DNA of 64,000 nt from a virus (Duplodnaviria; Heunggongvirae; Uroviricota; Caudoviricetes). The stretch is from positions 35,143 through 99,142 of the IMG/VR virus record IMGVR_UViG_3300028840_008153; one strand, written 5' to 3'. The translations under genes were made by a program, and so were the position numbers. Each line of letters opens with the position of its first letter. The stretch's first letter is position 1. The notes below the pieces were generated by a model. That model searched no databases and had not been told where the DNA came from. It saw nothing but the letters and a program-made list of their open reading frames with translations. Below are positions 9,572 through 18,989 of this stretch, one piece after another.

Positions 9572-11455
9572 TTACGATGTTGGTGCGAAGATCCGATAGC
9601 CCATTCGCAGGATTCCGACCGAACCGGCAAAGGAGTCGGTCGACAGCCGACCGATCGAGAACCAAACGGACTCGCCGTCGGCAACGACGAAGGAGTCCGA
9701 CACGACCTCCACGTACTGCCCGGCGTCCAGGCTTCCGCACGCGCCCGGATCGAGGTCCGTCAGACTCGTATCGGTATCAGGCAAGTCTTCCTCGGCACAC
9801 CCGTTGGGCGGTGACAGGCGGCGGTACGAAAGGGGAAGCGCCGGTAGTACCCCGCTGGCCCTGGCCAAGACCCAGAAGCGCAGCTCCATTTGGGGATTTT
9901 CGATGAGTCCGGCGCTTGGAAGCTCAATGCGCGCGCGAAGATTCGAGTTCCGTCCCGTGGGGAACGCCAGAAAGAACGTGTCGTCCACCTGCTCCTCGCG
10001 CGCGTTGTTCAACGCCACGAGGGTGATGCGCCCTTCTTCCTGCTCTGAACCCGGCAATATGGCATTGACAGTTGCTTCGCCCCGCACCGTACCGTCCGCT
10101 TCCACGGACGACATGCCCGTGACAGGGGTCAGCGTGATGTTGGAGCCGGCCTTCAGGCCGCTGATGACCGGACCTCTCTTGAAGTTCAGACCCTCCACGT
10201 CCTTGAAGACCTGGTAGCCCGCCTGACCCTCTTCGGTGGTCAGCGAGAGGTCGATCCCGATTTGGAGCGCGCCCGTCTCGGCGGGCGTCACGCCGTCACA
10301 TCCCACGATCGTGATGGGGCTGCCCTCAGCAGGAGTCAGCCGGGTCACGACACTGGTGTCCGTCTTGATCACCATCTTGGTGAAGTAAAGCCGCATGGCC
10401 TTGGCGAACGGGTCGTTGCGCACGAAGCCCATCTGTTCGAGCGTAGGGCCGGACTCGCAGGCATGGGAAGAGCCGGGAAACTCTGGCGTACCCGACACGC
10501 CCGAACTGGAAGAAGACGATGAAGAGCTGGAAGAGGACACGTCACCATCGCACGGGCGGGGCTCCGTAGGCCACGGGGCACGATTATAACAGCCGTCAAA
10601 CCACCACAAACCGTGTTGGTCTATCTGGAAGCGGGACGAGGGCACGCCCACCCCGTCGGCTTCGAGGTATGCCGCTTCGATGGGCAGCGGCGGCCACAGG
10701 CGCTGCAACTCCTCATGCTGCGAGAGGTTGTATCCATACACAGCGCCGGAAGGGGCCATACTGTTGAAGATGGGGTCGTCAGCCGGAAGCCATCCGGGCT
10801 GATCGCTATCCGTACTGGTGAAAACATACTGGGTGTATTGCTGCGGACACTGGACCAGCCCGGCGGGTTGCGCGTAGAGGTCGAAGGCGTAGTGGATGTG
10901 CTCATCCAGCATCTCACGTGGCGAGGGCTGGATGTGTGCCGATCCGTCGCCACGCAGGAACATCAGGTAAATGCCTACGGGCGGCTGTTGCTTCGTGGCC
11001 ATCCCGGGGATCGAGGCAGAAAGGTAGTACGCGCCCGCGTCGTCCAGCGAGCTGCCCGTGGCTCCGATCGTGTTGGTGAAGTCGAAGTCCCGCAGGAAGC
11101 CGAACTGGAGCAAATCACCCATCGTGGCCGAAGACTTGGAGATCACAATGCCCGTGGCAAAGGACGATTCCTTGACCAGATACCCGCCCAGCGTGGTGTC
11201 GAATTCAACGGCTGCCAGCGCCGACTTGTAAGCGAGCGTGGTCGAGTCGAAGTAGACGTAGTGGCCCACCTTCACGGACGAGTCCATCGGAACGCCGCGC
11301 AGATAGAGCGCCTCGCTGTCCTGCAGTGCGTCCAGGCGGTCCTTGAGGTGCTGGGTCCGATCGACGTTCTGGCCGGGCATCCGATTGGCTATGGCCGCAC
11401 GGACTTCCTCACCATTCTGGATGGGGCGCGTCTGCTGAATCCAAGGGGTAACCAT
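9572..11455 (-). CDS. Putative baseplate/tail structural protein with Ser12 tract
   Basis: 627-aa ORF in the baseplate block; beta-rich; Ser12 at 10502-10537. Confidence 0.5.
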   Translation of the reverse strand: MVTPWIQQTRPIQNGEEVRAAIANRMPGQNVDRTQHLKDRLDALQDSEALYLRGVPMDSSVKVGHYVYFDSTTLAYKSALAAVEFDTTLGGYLVKESSFATGIVISKSSATMGDLLQFGFLRDFDFTNTIGATGSSLDDAGAYYLSASIPGMATKQQPPVGIYLMFLRGDGSAHIQPSPREMLDEHIHYAFDLYAQPAGLVQCPQQYTQYVFTSTDSDQPGWLPADDPIFNSMAPSGAVYGYNLSQHEELQRLWPPLPIEAAYLEADGVGVPSSRFQIDQHGLWWFDGCYNRAPWPTEPRPCDGDVSSSSSSSSSSSSGVSGTPEFPGSSHACESGPTLEQMGFVRNDPFAKAMRLYFTKMVIKTDTSVVTRLTPAEGSPITIVGCDGVTPAETGALQIGIDLSLTTEEGQAGYQVFKDVEGLNFKRGPVISGLKAGSNITLTPVTGMSSVEADGTVRGEATVNAILPGSEQEEGRITLVALNNAREEQVDDTFFLAFPTGRNSNLRARIELPSAGLIENPQMELRFWVLARASGVLPALPLSYRRLSPPNGCAEEDLPDTDTSLTDLDPGACGSLDAGQYVEVVSDSFVVADGESVWFSIGRLSTDSFAGSVGILRMGYRIFAPTS

Positions 11456-11480
11456 AATTTGTCCTCTTATGACTCGCTGG

Positions 11481-11828
11481 TTATTTAGCCAGACGCGGAG
11501 GAGTTCCTAAGTTCATCCCCGTTCGCAGAAACTCCCTTGCGGCGCGGATGGTCGGGTCAATCGCTGCGTCTTCTCGATGAAGCCGCATGATGTCTATCGC
11601 CGTGCGCCGCGCGTCTCGTTTGAGCAATTGTTGCAGTCCGCCGGCGCCGGCGCCAAGCCCCGCGCCTGCTCCTGCTCCAATCAGGGCTCTCAACAAAGCG
11701 TTATCGTCATCATCGGCAGACATGTAACCTCCTACCGCTCCGGGAACCGCCCCAATCAAACTGCCCCGCAGCGCCGCCGACGGCACGGAGATCAGTGCTT
11801 CTTTGATCAAAAAGACGTGTGGGCTCAT
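11481..11828 (-). CDS. Small glycine-zipper protein with FLIKEA N-terminal motif
   Basis: MSPHVFLIKEA followed by two GxxxG-rich hydrophobic segments. Confidence 0.6.
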   Translation of the reverse strand: MSPHVFLIKEALISVPSAALRGSLIGAVPGAVGGYMSADDDDNALLRALIGAGAGAGLGAGAGGLQQLLKRDARRTAIDIMRLHREDAAIDPTIRAAREFLRTGMNLGTPPRLAK

Positions 11829-11838
11829 CAGCTGACTC

Positions 11839-12438
11839 CTAGTTGAACCGAATCGTCCAGGTAATCCCGATCTGGTGCCCGGCCACCTTGAGCACCTTAT
11901 CTATCCCTGAGTATATCCGAGAAAAGACCATGTCCTGACTTTGATCGGTCAAGTCGGGCGCGGCCACAAGAGCAGCCCCAAACACGGCGCTGTTGGCCGT
12001 ATCAAGAAACGACTTGCCGTGGAAGCCGACGGTCCCCTCGCTGACGCCGAAGAAGACGACCTGATTGCCCGCGTAGACGGCGTCCGAGCTTTCGATTGTG
12101 GGATTGACCGTCAGCGGGATGCGCAGGAAGTCCGTGTCCGGGCTGGACGAAAGGCCGTTGTAATAGCTGATCCCACCTTCCCTATCAAAGGCTGGCGGCG
12201 TGATGGAGTCGGCAGGATCAGCCAGGTTCTTGAACTCCATGTACATCGCGTTGACCGGCGTGTTCTGGCCGGCCAGAAGGCTGGCCAGGACATCCGCGCC
12301 GCTGTAGAGAATCAGGTTTCTCTTCTCCAACAGGCGGTACACAATCCCCGTCTTGGGATCGAAGGAGAAGATCTTCACGTCGCCGCGCGCCTGACGGGCG
12401 AGATCGAAGACCCCACGAGCGTGTCGCTGTATGATCAT
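11839..12438 (-). CDS. Putative baseplate wedge/tail-collar-type protein
   Basis: ATG 12438 with GGAG RBS and TGATG overlap; RNLILYSG...ITWTIRF pattern resembles beta-sandwich baseplate proteins; position. Confidence 0.4.
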   Translation of the reverse strand: MIIQRHARGVFDLARQARGDVKIFSFDPKTGIVYRLLEKRNLILYSGADVLASLLAGQNTPVNAMYMEFKNLADPADSITPPAFDREGGISYYNGLSSSPDTDFLRIPLTVNPTIESSDAVYAGNQVVFFGVSEGTVGFHGKSFLDTANSAVFGAALVAAPDLTDQSQDMVFSRIYSGIDKVLKVAGHQIGITWTIRFN

Positions 12439-14060
12439 CACTGGCACTCCATCGATACCTGACGCGCCGTGACGGAGGCATCCCCGTAACTGGCCACCGA
12501 TGCAGGCGGGGCGTCTGATGTCTCGAAAAGCTCCTCGAACACTGGATTTGCGGCGTCGAACACTTCGACGTCGTCATCCTCTGCCCCGGGTTCATCTTCT
12601 CCGCCCGGGACACTTAAGTCAACGGTCTCCGTCGGTACAACCTGTTCAACGAAGACGATGTATGTGGTGTGTGGCGGGATGATGTCCCGCAGGTACTTGA
12701 ACATCCCGAGCCCGGGAGCGTCCTCGTCGAAGGACCCCACACGTGCCCTGATCACGAAGAGATTGTTCCTCAGAAGGTTTTCCATGACGAACTGGAGTGG
12801 GTTGATTGTCGCCGGCAAGTTCGACGGAACCGGCTCAGTCTGGGGATCTTCTCGCAGATCCAGCAGATTGGCGAGCGTCTGTCCGTCTGCCACTCCTCGT
12901 GCGTGGACCTGCTCCCAGAACAGTTCCACGTCTGCCGGGAAGCCTCCCACCTCGAAACGGACCACTGCCTTGTTGTTTTCGTCCAGACCGAGGTACTCCA
13001 AGGCAACATTATGGTTGCGAAAGGACAGCTCCGCAAAATAGCCGCCAGAAAGGAAGTTGTCCGACATCGCCATCGCCGGAACCAGGCTGTAATCCGGGTC
13101 ATTGGTTGCCAGCTCCACGATCTCAAAAGCATCGGTCAAGGAGTCGCCCAGGAAGACGGTGTCGCCCACAGCGACAGTCGCCGTCGCCCCCAAGGGCGCT
13201 CGATACACGTTAAGGTCGGTCACGATCAGCTGGGAGGTTTCCTCCGTGCGGACGACCTCCACGGTTTCCTGCGGGCTCAGGCACACGGGCGCGCCCGAGA
13301 GGGCCGCCAGGAAGCTGGTCAGCGTCGCCTCCGTGAGACCGCCGATGACGCGCGAATCCCAGATTGCGTTGATCAGTCCCCTGTAGAATTCACTGGATTG
13401 GAGATGAAGCCCCAGCACGTATCCGAAATGTATCCACAGGTAATCCAGGTCCATGTTGCCCTTATAGACCCAAAGGCCAATCTCGGTGTCGACGACCGTG
13501 CCGTTGGAATCGACGACATCGGCCTTGGCCACGAGCGGGTCTTCAAAGGGGTCCTCCCGAAATCGGATCAGATTCCTATTTTTGTCGATGTCGTAGTCGG
13601 CGCCGGCCACCCAGGTCTTGCTGGGGTGGACCACTAGGTTTTGGAGTACGAAGGGGCAGTCCACGAGCGAATCGGGGAGCCGGATCTGCCGCAGGTTGGG
13701 ATTGTCCGTGCCGCCGTAGGTCTGCACGAAGCCCGCCTCGCGCCCGGGCACGGAGCCCGTCTGGTTGCCGTAGACCAGATCCCCGGCCTGATAGATCGAC
13801 GGGATGCTGTCCGACTCACTGCGCTTGGCGACCAGCAGATACCAGTCCTCCGTGTGAAAGACCGGGACACTGAAGCGGGAAAGGGACGCGATTGTCTCCA
13901 GATAGTTCAGGTAGGTCTGGGACGCCTCATAGCCCGACGAACGGTAGTGGACCTGGAGCTTGTGCCACTCCTCGAAGATGTTGAACCAGAACGATCCCAA
14001 CTGGGCCAGCAGCTGCGAGCCCTGATTGAAATCGTCGGCTGGATACGTTGGCAGTGTCAT
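12438..14060 (-). CDS. Putative baseplate wedge protein (gp7/tail protein I-like)
   Basis: 540 aa; LWIHFGYVLGL...YRGLINAIW...LAALSGAP and LRDIIPPHT segments typical of wedge proteins; adjacent to the J-like gene. Confidence 0.45.
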   Translation of the reverse strand: MTLPTYPADDFNQGSQLLAQLGSFWFNIFEEWHKLQVHYRSSGYEASQTYLNYLETIASLSRFSVPVFHTEDWYLLVAKRSESDSIPSIYQAGDLVYGNQTGSVPGREAGFVQTYGGTDNPNLRQIRLPDSLVDCPFVLQNLVVHPSKTWVAGADYDIDKNRNLIRFREDPFEDPLVAKADVVDSNGTVVDTEIGLWVYKGNMDLDYLWIHFGYVLGLHLQSSEFYRGLINAIWDSRVIGGLTEATLTSFLAALSGAPVCLSPQETVEVVRTEETSQLIVTDLNVYRAPLGATATVAVGDTVFLGDSLTDAFEIVELATNDPDYSLVPAMAMSDNFLSGGYFAELSFRNHNVALEYLGLDENNKAVVRFEVGGFPADVELFWEQVHARGVADGQTLANLLDLREDPQTEPVPSNLPATINPLQFVMENLLRNNLFVIRARVGSFDEDAPGLGMFKYLRDIIPPHTTYIVFVEQVVPTETVDLSVPGGEDEPGAEDDDVEVFDAANPVFEELFETSDAPPASVASYGDASVTARQVSMECQ

Positions 14061-14344
14061 GCCGTTCCCTTAATGAACTTGTGGTAGCGGCTTATCGCAC
14101 CCTTCAGCGTGGGCCGAACATTGTAAGCCCTGTGCGTGTGCGTCTCGTACCACGTCTTCCCGTCAACGACCGCCTTGCCCACTGCCGGCGTTGCCTCGCC
14201 GTTGGGCCCATGGTGCCAGACAGCCTTGGCATCCATGACCTGCTTGCGCTCTTCGGGCGTGAGCTTGACCTTGTTCTTTTTGAGGGTCTCCCACTTAGGA
14301 CCCTTCGTAGCCTCTTTGATCAGAAACAGGTGACAATCCATCAT
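14057..14344 (-). CDS. Small basic hypothetical protein with FLIKEA motif
   Basis: MMDCHLFLIKEA...; coupled to both neighbours by overlapping start/stop codons. Confidence 0.65.
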   Translation of the reverse strand: MMDCHLFLIKEATKGPKWETLKKNKVKLTPEERKQVMDAKAVWHHGPNGEATPAVGKAVVDGKTWYETHTHRAYNVRPTLKGAISRYHKFIKGTA

Positions 14345-15603
14345 CCCACCAATCCTGTCGGTTTCATCAGCAACAGATTTTTCAGCTGCCTGACGGCGCG
14401 CACGGGCAGGTGTATGACCCGCCTGTTGGGCAGCACCAGGTCCTCGGGCATGTCCTCATTGGCCAGGAACTGCTTGTCCGGGTACTTCGTGCGCCACTCG
14501 GCCAGCTCTTCCTTTGGCACGACATAGATGGCGCTCTTCATGCCCGTGTTCCGAGGCGAGACAACCTCCCCGGGCACCAAATTGAAGTAGGCCGAAGGCG
14601 TCTTGGACCGGGAGTATCGGATCAGGCCGTATTGTCCGTAGTCCTTACCTGCAGGCATGATGCCGCCTTCGGTGCCAAACAGCTCCTTGCGCAGCTGCTT
14701 GTGCTTCTCGGGATCGAACTTCGCCCGGCCCCGGAAGCCCTTGGTTTCCTCGACGGATTTGAGCAGCCCCTTGCGCGCAGCCTGCTCGGCCGTCAGTTGC
14801 TGGCCGGATTCGAGCAGCGGCGCCAGGTTGGTCGTTCGGTGTGCGAAACCCGATTGGCGGGAGAGCATTTCCCGAACGCGCTTTTGAAGGCGCGCCGTCT
14901 CCTCGCCGTTGGGCATCTCCGGCTTCTCCGGCGCCTCGGTCTCTGCCGGAGCAAGCGCGGCCTTGTCCAAAGGCTCACTGGTCACGCGCGCCTGCGCGAT
15001 GCCCAACTCCTCGTCCAGCTTCCGCTTGTACTTGCGGTAGCGGCTCTGGCGCAGGAACCAAGCCTTTTGAAGCGCCTCCTTCTCCTTGCGGATCTGCTCC
15101 TGCCGCTCGGGCGTCAGCTTCGCCCTCGCAGCCCGAACGGCGGCCTTGTACTTCTGCGCCTTGTCGCCGTACATCAATGCGACATCAATGGGCAGCTTGC
15201 CCTTCCGGTGCCACGTGAAGATCTGGTAGTCCCCGGACTCGGGGTGATAGGGCGACGCCTTGAACTCTTCATGCCGCCGCAAGCGCTCGGCCATCGTCAG
15301 CATCTTGGCTTTGGACTTCAGCGGGACCGTGTAGTCCAGATCCACGGAGCCGGGCACGTGTGTGCCCATGGCCATCGAGCCCGTCAGGAAAGGCGTCACG
15401 TTCAGCCGTCTGGCCAGAGCCTTGCGCCCTTCTTCAATCGCCAACTGCTCCTCTTCTGGAGAGAGTGGCGGCCCTTCAGGATCGGGCGTTCCGATCGTGA
15501 CCAGATCGCTTTTGCCTTCTGGCCCCCACGGGTTGGGAATGCTCAGGATGACCTTTGCATCCTTCTGCATGGCACAGTCCATGAGGTATTTGGCGTGATC
15601 CAT
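14341..15603 (-). CDS. Pol-beta superfamily nucleotidyltransferase fused to a possible ADP-ribosyltransferase-fold domain
   Basis: hGS (15381-15376), DLD (15342-15334) and third Asp in PIDVA (15186) form an NTase triad. C-domain starts FAHRTTNLAPLLESGQQL (His at 14841), like the HxT..NL..IL..G..L start of ART-fold proteins. Confidence 0.6.
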   Translation of the reverse strand: MDHAKYLMDCAMQKDAKVILSIPNPWGPEGKSDLVTIGTPDPEGPPLSPEEEQLAIEEGRKALARRLNVTPFLTGSMAMGTHVPGSVDLDYTVPLKSKAKMLTMAERLRRHEEFKASPYHPESGDYQIFTWHRKGKLPIDVALMYGDKAQKYKAAVRAARAKLTPERQEQIRKEKEALQKAWFLRQSRYRKYKRKLDEELGIAQARVTSEPLDKAALAPAETEAPEKPEMPNGEETARLQKRVREMLSRQSGFAHRTTNLAPLLESGQQLTAEQAARKGLLKSVEETKGFRGRAKFDPEKHKQLRKELFGTEGGIMPAGKDYGQYGLIRYSRSKTPSAYFNLVPGEVVSPRNTGMKSAIYVVPKEELAEWRTKYPDKQFLANEDMPEDLVLPNRRVIHLPVRAVRQLKNLLLMKPTGLVG

Positions 15604-15611
15604 CACTCACC

Positions 15612-17267
15612 TCACACGGGCAAGGCCGGGACGGGCTCAAGGGCAACGTCGATGTCTTCCACTTCCAAAAAGAAAATCGTGGTCCGGTTCGTGACGCCAA
15701 GCTCGGGCTCGTCGGGCACCGTGATGCCGTCAGGGTCGCGCAGCGTGACCACCGTGCCGTCCGGGCGTCGGATCTGGCAGAAGAAGTCCAGCGGCGAGAC
15801 GGCAATGATATTCGCGCCAGCGGCGTTGTGTGCGGCGTCATGAACGATCGAGGCCGGAAGCCGGCCCGTATCAAACCCCCTTCCGTTGACGCGGTCGGCG
15901 ATGGCCTGCTTGATGGCCGAGGCGTCGGGCGCTTCGCCGGAGGACTGGTACTGCACCTTCAAGCTGAGCGCCACGAACGCGGGCACGGGCGCGCGCACGA
16001 GGTAGTCGGCCTGCGGGTTGCGCGTGTCCCGGTCCACGGCCCTCTCCTGCAAGGTCTTGATGTCAGGCAGGTAAAGCACGTTGACGTTGAATGTTTCCTT
16101 GGAGACGTTCTCGGTCATGCCGGTGACGTCCACGTCGGGAGCCTTGAACTGCACGATCGAGGTCTGGTAGCGGGAGTAGGCGCCCTCGATGATGTTGGCC
16201 ACCGTGGGCACGAACTCGTTGGAGTCCTGGCTGAGATCCAGCGACCGCGTCTCGGCCGTGATCTCAAGGGAGCCGTAATCCTCGGGCGCGTCCGTGGGGA
16301 AGACGCCCTCCACGAGGTAGAAGCCCGGGGCCACGTCCCGCCCGATGCTGAACTGGAAAACCTTCAGGTCGGCGTCGACCAGCGTGGCTTCGACCTCAAT
16401 TGAGATCGATTCGGGAAGGGTCCGGGTCTTCGCCCATACGTCTGCCTTGCCGCCGTAAGCGATCTCGAAGAGGTTGTGTCGGTCCCGCAGCATCTCCGCG
16501 TCACCGAAGCCGGTTGTGGAGACGGCTATGGTCTCGGTGACCGTGTCCTTGATGAGCGCTTCGATCTGGGCCCGGCCGGAGAAGACCGAAGGCGTCACGC
16601 CGTCGGCCAGCTTGGCAACCAGCTCCTGGTTGGTCTCGGTGTCGATGCCCTCGGTGAAGTCCTCGGCAGCCACGGCGTCAATCAGATTGCCCGGCGCGGG
16701 CGACATGGTGAAGCGCGTGTTGCGCCGGGCCTGGTAGGCGCTGCCGGTCTCCTCGGCCTCCACCGGAATCGTGAAGGCGTAGGTCCCGTCGGAGCGAAGC
16801 TCAATCAGCCGCTGCTGGTCGGAGACGACGGCCTCCTGCTCCGTCACGCCGATGTAGGTCTGCGTGTTCGTGTAGTTGAGCCCGTTGGCCGTGAAGAGCG
16901 TACCCTGCTGAATGGAGGTGGTCAGGTTCGCGCTGATGATGATCGTGATCTGGCCCGTGGACTTCGTGCCCGTCGAGCGCGTGATCAGGAAGTTCGACAG
17001 CACCTCGTCGACGATGTCGTCGTCAGCGAGCGTGGGGTCCGCGTTGATGGCCTGAAGCGAGTGTGAGCGCCGCTCCAGATCCAGGTTGGCGTTGTTGAGC
17101 GTATGGAAGATCCCGGCCACCCGGATCACCAGATCACGGAAGACCCGGCCCTCCGTGAGATCCATCGACGGGTACTCTTCGGCCAGGAAGGTCTTCAGGA
17201 ATTCTTCGGCCTGCGCAATCGCGTCCGAATCCAAATCATTTATGGATGTGATCGAGGGTGCGGCCAT
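15612..17267 (-). CDS. Baseplate wedge protein (baseplate J/gp6-like)
   Basis: 551 aa; MDLTEGRVFRDLVIR, IPVEAEETGSAYQ and FTEGIDTETNQEL motifs of J-like proteins; downstream of the gp25-like gene. Confidence 0.75.
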   Translation of the reverse strand: MAAPSITSINDLDSDAIAQAEEFLKTFLAEEYPSMDLTEGRVFRDLVIRVAGIFHTLNNANLDLERRSHSLQAINADPTLADDDIVDEVLSNFLITRSTGTKSTGQITIIISANLTTSIQQGTLFTANGLNYTNTQTYIGVTEQEAVVSDQQRLIELRSDGTYAFTIPVEAEETGSAYQARRNTRFTMSPAPGNLIDAVAAEDFTEGIDTETNQELVAKLADGVTPSVFSGRAQIEALIKDTVTETIAVSTTGFGDAEMLRDRHNLFEIAYGGKADVWAKTRTLPESISIEVEATLVDADLKVFQFSIGRDVAPGFYLVEGVFPTDAPEDYGSLEITAETRSLDLSQDSNEFVPTVANIIEGAYSRYQTSIVQFKAPDVDVTGMTENVSKETFNVNVLYLPDIKTLQERAVDRDTRNPQADYLVRAPVPAFVALSLKVQYQSSGEAPDASAIKQAIADRVNGRGFDTGRLPASIVHDAAHNAAGANIIAVSPLDFFCQIRRPDGTVVTLRDPDGITVPDEPELGVTNRTTIFFLEVEDIDVALEPVPALPV

Positions 17268-17285
17268 CGCAAGCTCCTGATAGCT

Positions 17286-17314
17286 AAGAAGAAGCGCCAG
17301 TCCTGCGGCGCCTC
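17286..17314 (-). terminator. Possible intrinsic terminator after the small membrane gene
   Basis: GAGGCGCC-gcaggact-GGCGCTTC stem (8 bp, one G-U) followed by TTCTT; weak U-tract. Confidence 0.3.
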
Positions 17315-17335
17315 TTCACATTGTACAGCCTTGGC

Positions 17336-17626
17336 TCACGGCACGCTATATGCCTGTTTGCCGTCAATCAGCCGTACACGTTCCTCCAGATGCTCGATCT
17401 TCTTCAACAGGTAATCGTCCCGTTGCAGCAACAACTCCGGGCTTACCTGCGACTTCGACTGCGCCTGCGCCTGCGCCGGAGGCCGCATCATGTGAGGCGG
17501 CAGTTCCGGTTTGCTGCGCGGCCAGAAAAACACGACCGCAAATGCAATCGCCGCCAGGGCGATGTAGTGGTTGCGCCGTTTGATCTCGGGGCGCTCCCAC
17601 TTGGGTATTTCTTCGTTGTTACTCAT
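17336..17626 (-). CDS. Small single-pass membrane protein with C-terminal coiled coil
   Basis: AGGAGG RBS; TM segment YIALAAIAFAVVFFW; Pro/Gln linker; LLKKIEHLEERVRLI heptads. Confidence 0.7.
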   Translation of the reverse strand: MSNNEEIPKWERPEIKRRNHYIALAAIAFAVVFFWPRSKPELPPHMMRPPAQAQAQSKSQVSPELLLQRDDYLLKKIEHLEERVRLIDGKQAYSVP

Positions 17627-17669
17627 GCCTTCCTCCTGTAGGAGCCGTAAAAGAGTGCTTCACCACTTC

Positions 17670-17678
17670 ATGGTAACA
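17670..17678 (-). promoter_or_regulatory. Possible extended -10 promoter TGT-TACCAT
   Basis: Matches TGn-TAnnAT in the AT-richer gap upstream of 17626; no clear -35. Confidence 0.3.
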
Positions 17679-17689
17679 CTTTGTAGCAC

Positions 17690-18160
17690 TCATTTTATGG
17701 CCAGAGAAACCGGCATGATCACCTCTCGTGACTCTCCCGCAGCCGAAGTCAACCGCACGATCAGCGTGATTTTCGACGCGCCCTGATCCATGTTGAAACT
17801 GCTGAGTTCGGCCGACGCGAAGATCTCATCGTCCGGCGGAGGGTTCGCCGCGTCTATGCCCAGCGCCAATTGCTGCCGCACGCTTTCGACGGCCAGCGCG
17901 AATTCGTTCTTGAGGTCCGATTCGTCCTGAAGCCGGCCCTGCCGCATGGCTTCCACAAACGTCGTCCCCACCGTGGGATCATGGTGAATCGAACCCACGT
18001 CCGTCAGAAAGATCGACGTGAAGCTCTGCGCGAGCTTCTGGATGCCCGTCACGACCTCGCCCGCGTCACCGATGGCGAGCGTGACCTGTGCCTCCCCGGC
18101 GGGCTGCAGCCCCTGGAAGATCAGTAGGTCCACTGAGCGTCCCGTGTAGTCGGTGCTCAT
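17690..18160 (-). CDS. Baseplate wedge subunit, gp25/lysozyme-like
   Basis: 156 aa; VTGIQKLAQSFTSIFLTDVGS...PTVGTTF signature; upstream of the J-like gene. Confidence 0.7.
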   Translation of the reverse strand: MSTDYTGRSVDLLIFQGLQPAGEAQVTLAIGDAGEVVTGIQKLAQSFTSIFLTDVGSIHHDPTVGTTFVEAMRQGRLQDESDLKNEFALAVESVRQQLALGIDAANPPPDDEIFASAELSSFNMDQGASKITLIVRLTSAAGESREVIMPVSLAIK

Positions 18161-18594
18161 GAAGCAGGCTCCTTCTGCTTCTTGTCCTCGCCCAGCACGC
18201 GCGTCACGTAACCGATCGAGTTGCGCTTGAGCGGCCCGTTGGGCAGCCCGTGCCCTGCGTTACGCGAGGCCCCGTGCACGAACATCCGCACGCGCGTGCG
18301 CGTGCGCATGCGATGGTCCCTCTCAAAAGCCGCCAGGATGTCCGCGCAGTGCTTGAGTGCCTGAACCTCCTTGGCCAGCCCGTCGTTAACAAAAAGCGCT
18401 TCGTAGCGGGCGTTGGCTGCCTCACGGCTGAACACCTGAGCCATGCCTTCGAAATTGAACCGGTCAACGTCGAAGACCTCAAAGAAGTCCTGCCACGGAC
18501 GGGGGCCTCCGGCGGCCATGGCCTCCCCAACGAGCTTCTGGTTCTGAACCAGATACTCGATCACCTTCTGGGTTTGTTCGTCCAGTTCGGCCAT
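18157..18594 (-). CDS. Hypothetical baseplate-region protein
   Basis: 145-aa ORF translationally coupled on both sides. Confidence 0.55.
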   Translation of the reverse strand: MAELDEQTQKVIEYLVQNQKLVGEAMAAGGPRPWQDFFEVFDVDRFNFEGMAQVFSREAANARYEALFVNDGLAKEVQALKHCADILAAFERDHRMRTRTRVRMFVHGASRNAGHGLPNGPLKRNSIGYVTRVLGEDKKQKEPAS

Positions 18595-18980
18595 TACTCT
18601 TCCTTCTTTTCAGGCTCTTTCTTCTCGGGCTCTTTGGGCTTCTCCTCCGAGGGCTTTTCCTGCGCGCGCTCTTCGGGCGTCTTCTTCCGCCCGCGCTTAA
18701 GCTCCCAGTTGGCCAGCTGCTTCTCCTTCATGCGCCGCATTTCAGGCGACATCGGCTGCTTGTACGACGCAGAGATGTAAGGGCCTGACAGCCCGAGCCC
18801 CGGAGCCACACGCCAACCCGGCTCGTCGGGGTTGCGTCTAAGATCGTAATCGACCCCAATCAGATGTGGAAATCCGAGGCTCATCCCCAGGCGCCTGTGG
18901 GGAATGACTGTCTGCAAAGCCTCCGGGCGCACGCCCACGCCAATGACAGCCTGCTTCAAAAGGTATAGATGCGGGTTCAT
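18594..18980 (-). CDS. Hypothetical protein with YLLKQA N-terminal motif
   Basis: MNPHLYLLKQA...; Lys/Glu/Pro-rich tail. Confidence 0.55.
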   Translation of the reverse strand: MNPHLYLLKQAVIGVGVRPEALQTVIPHRRLGMSLGFPHLIGVDYDLRRNPDEPGWRVAPGLGLSGPYISASYKQPMSPEMRRMKEKQLANWELKRGRKKTPEERAQEKPSEEKPKEPEKKEPEKKEE

Positions 18981-18989
18981 GATGCCCTC

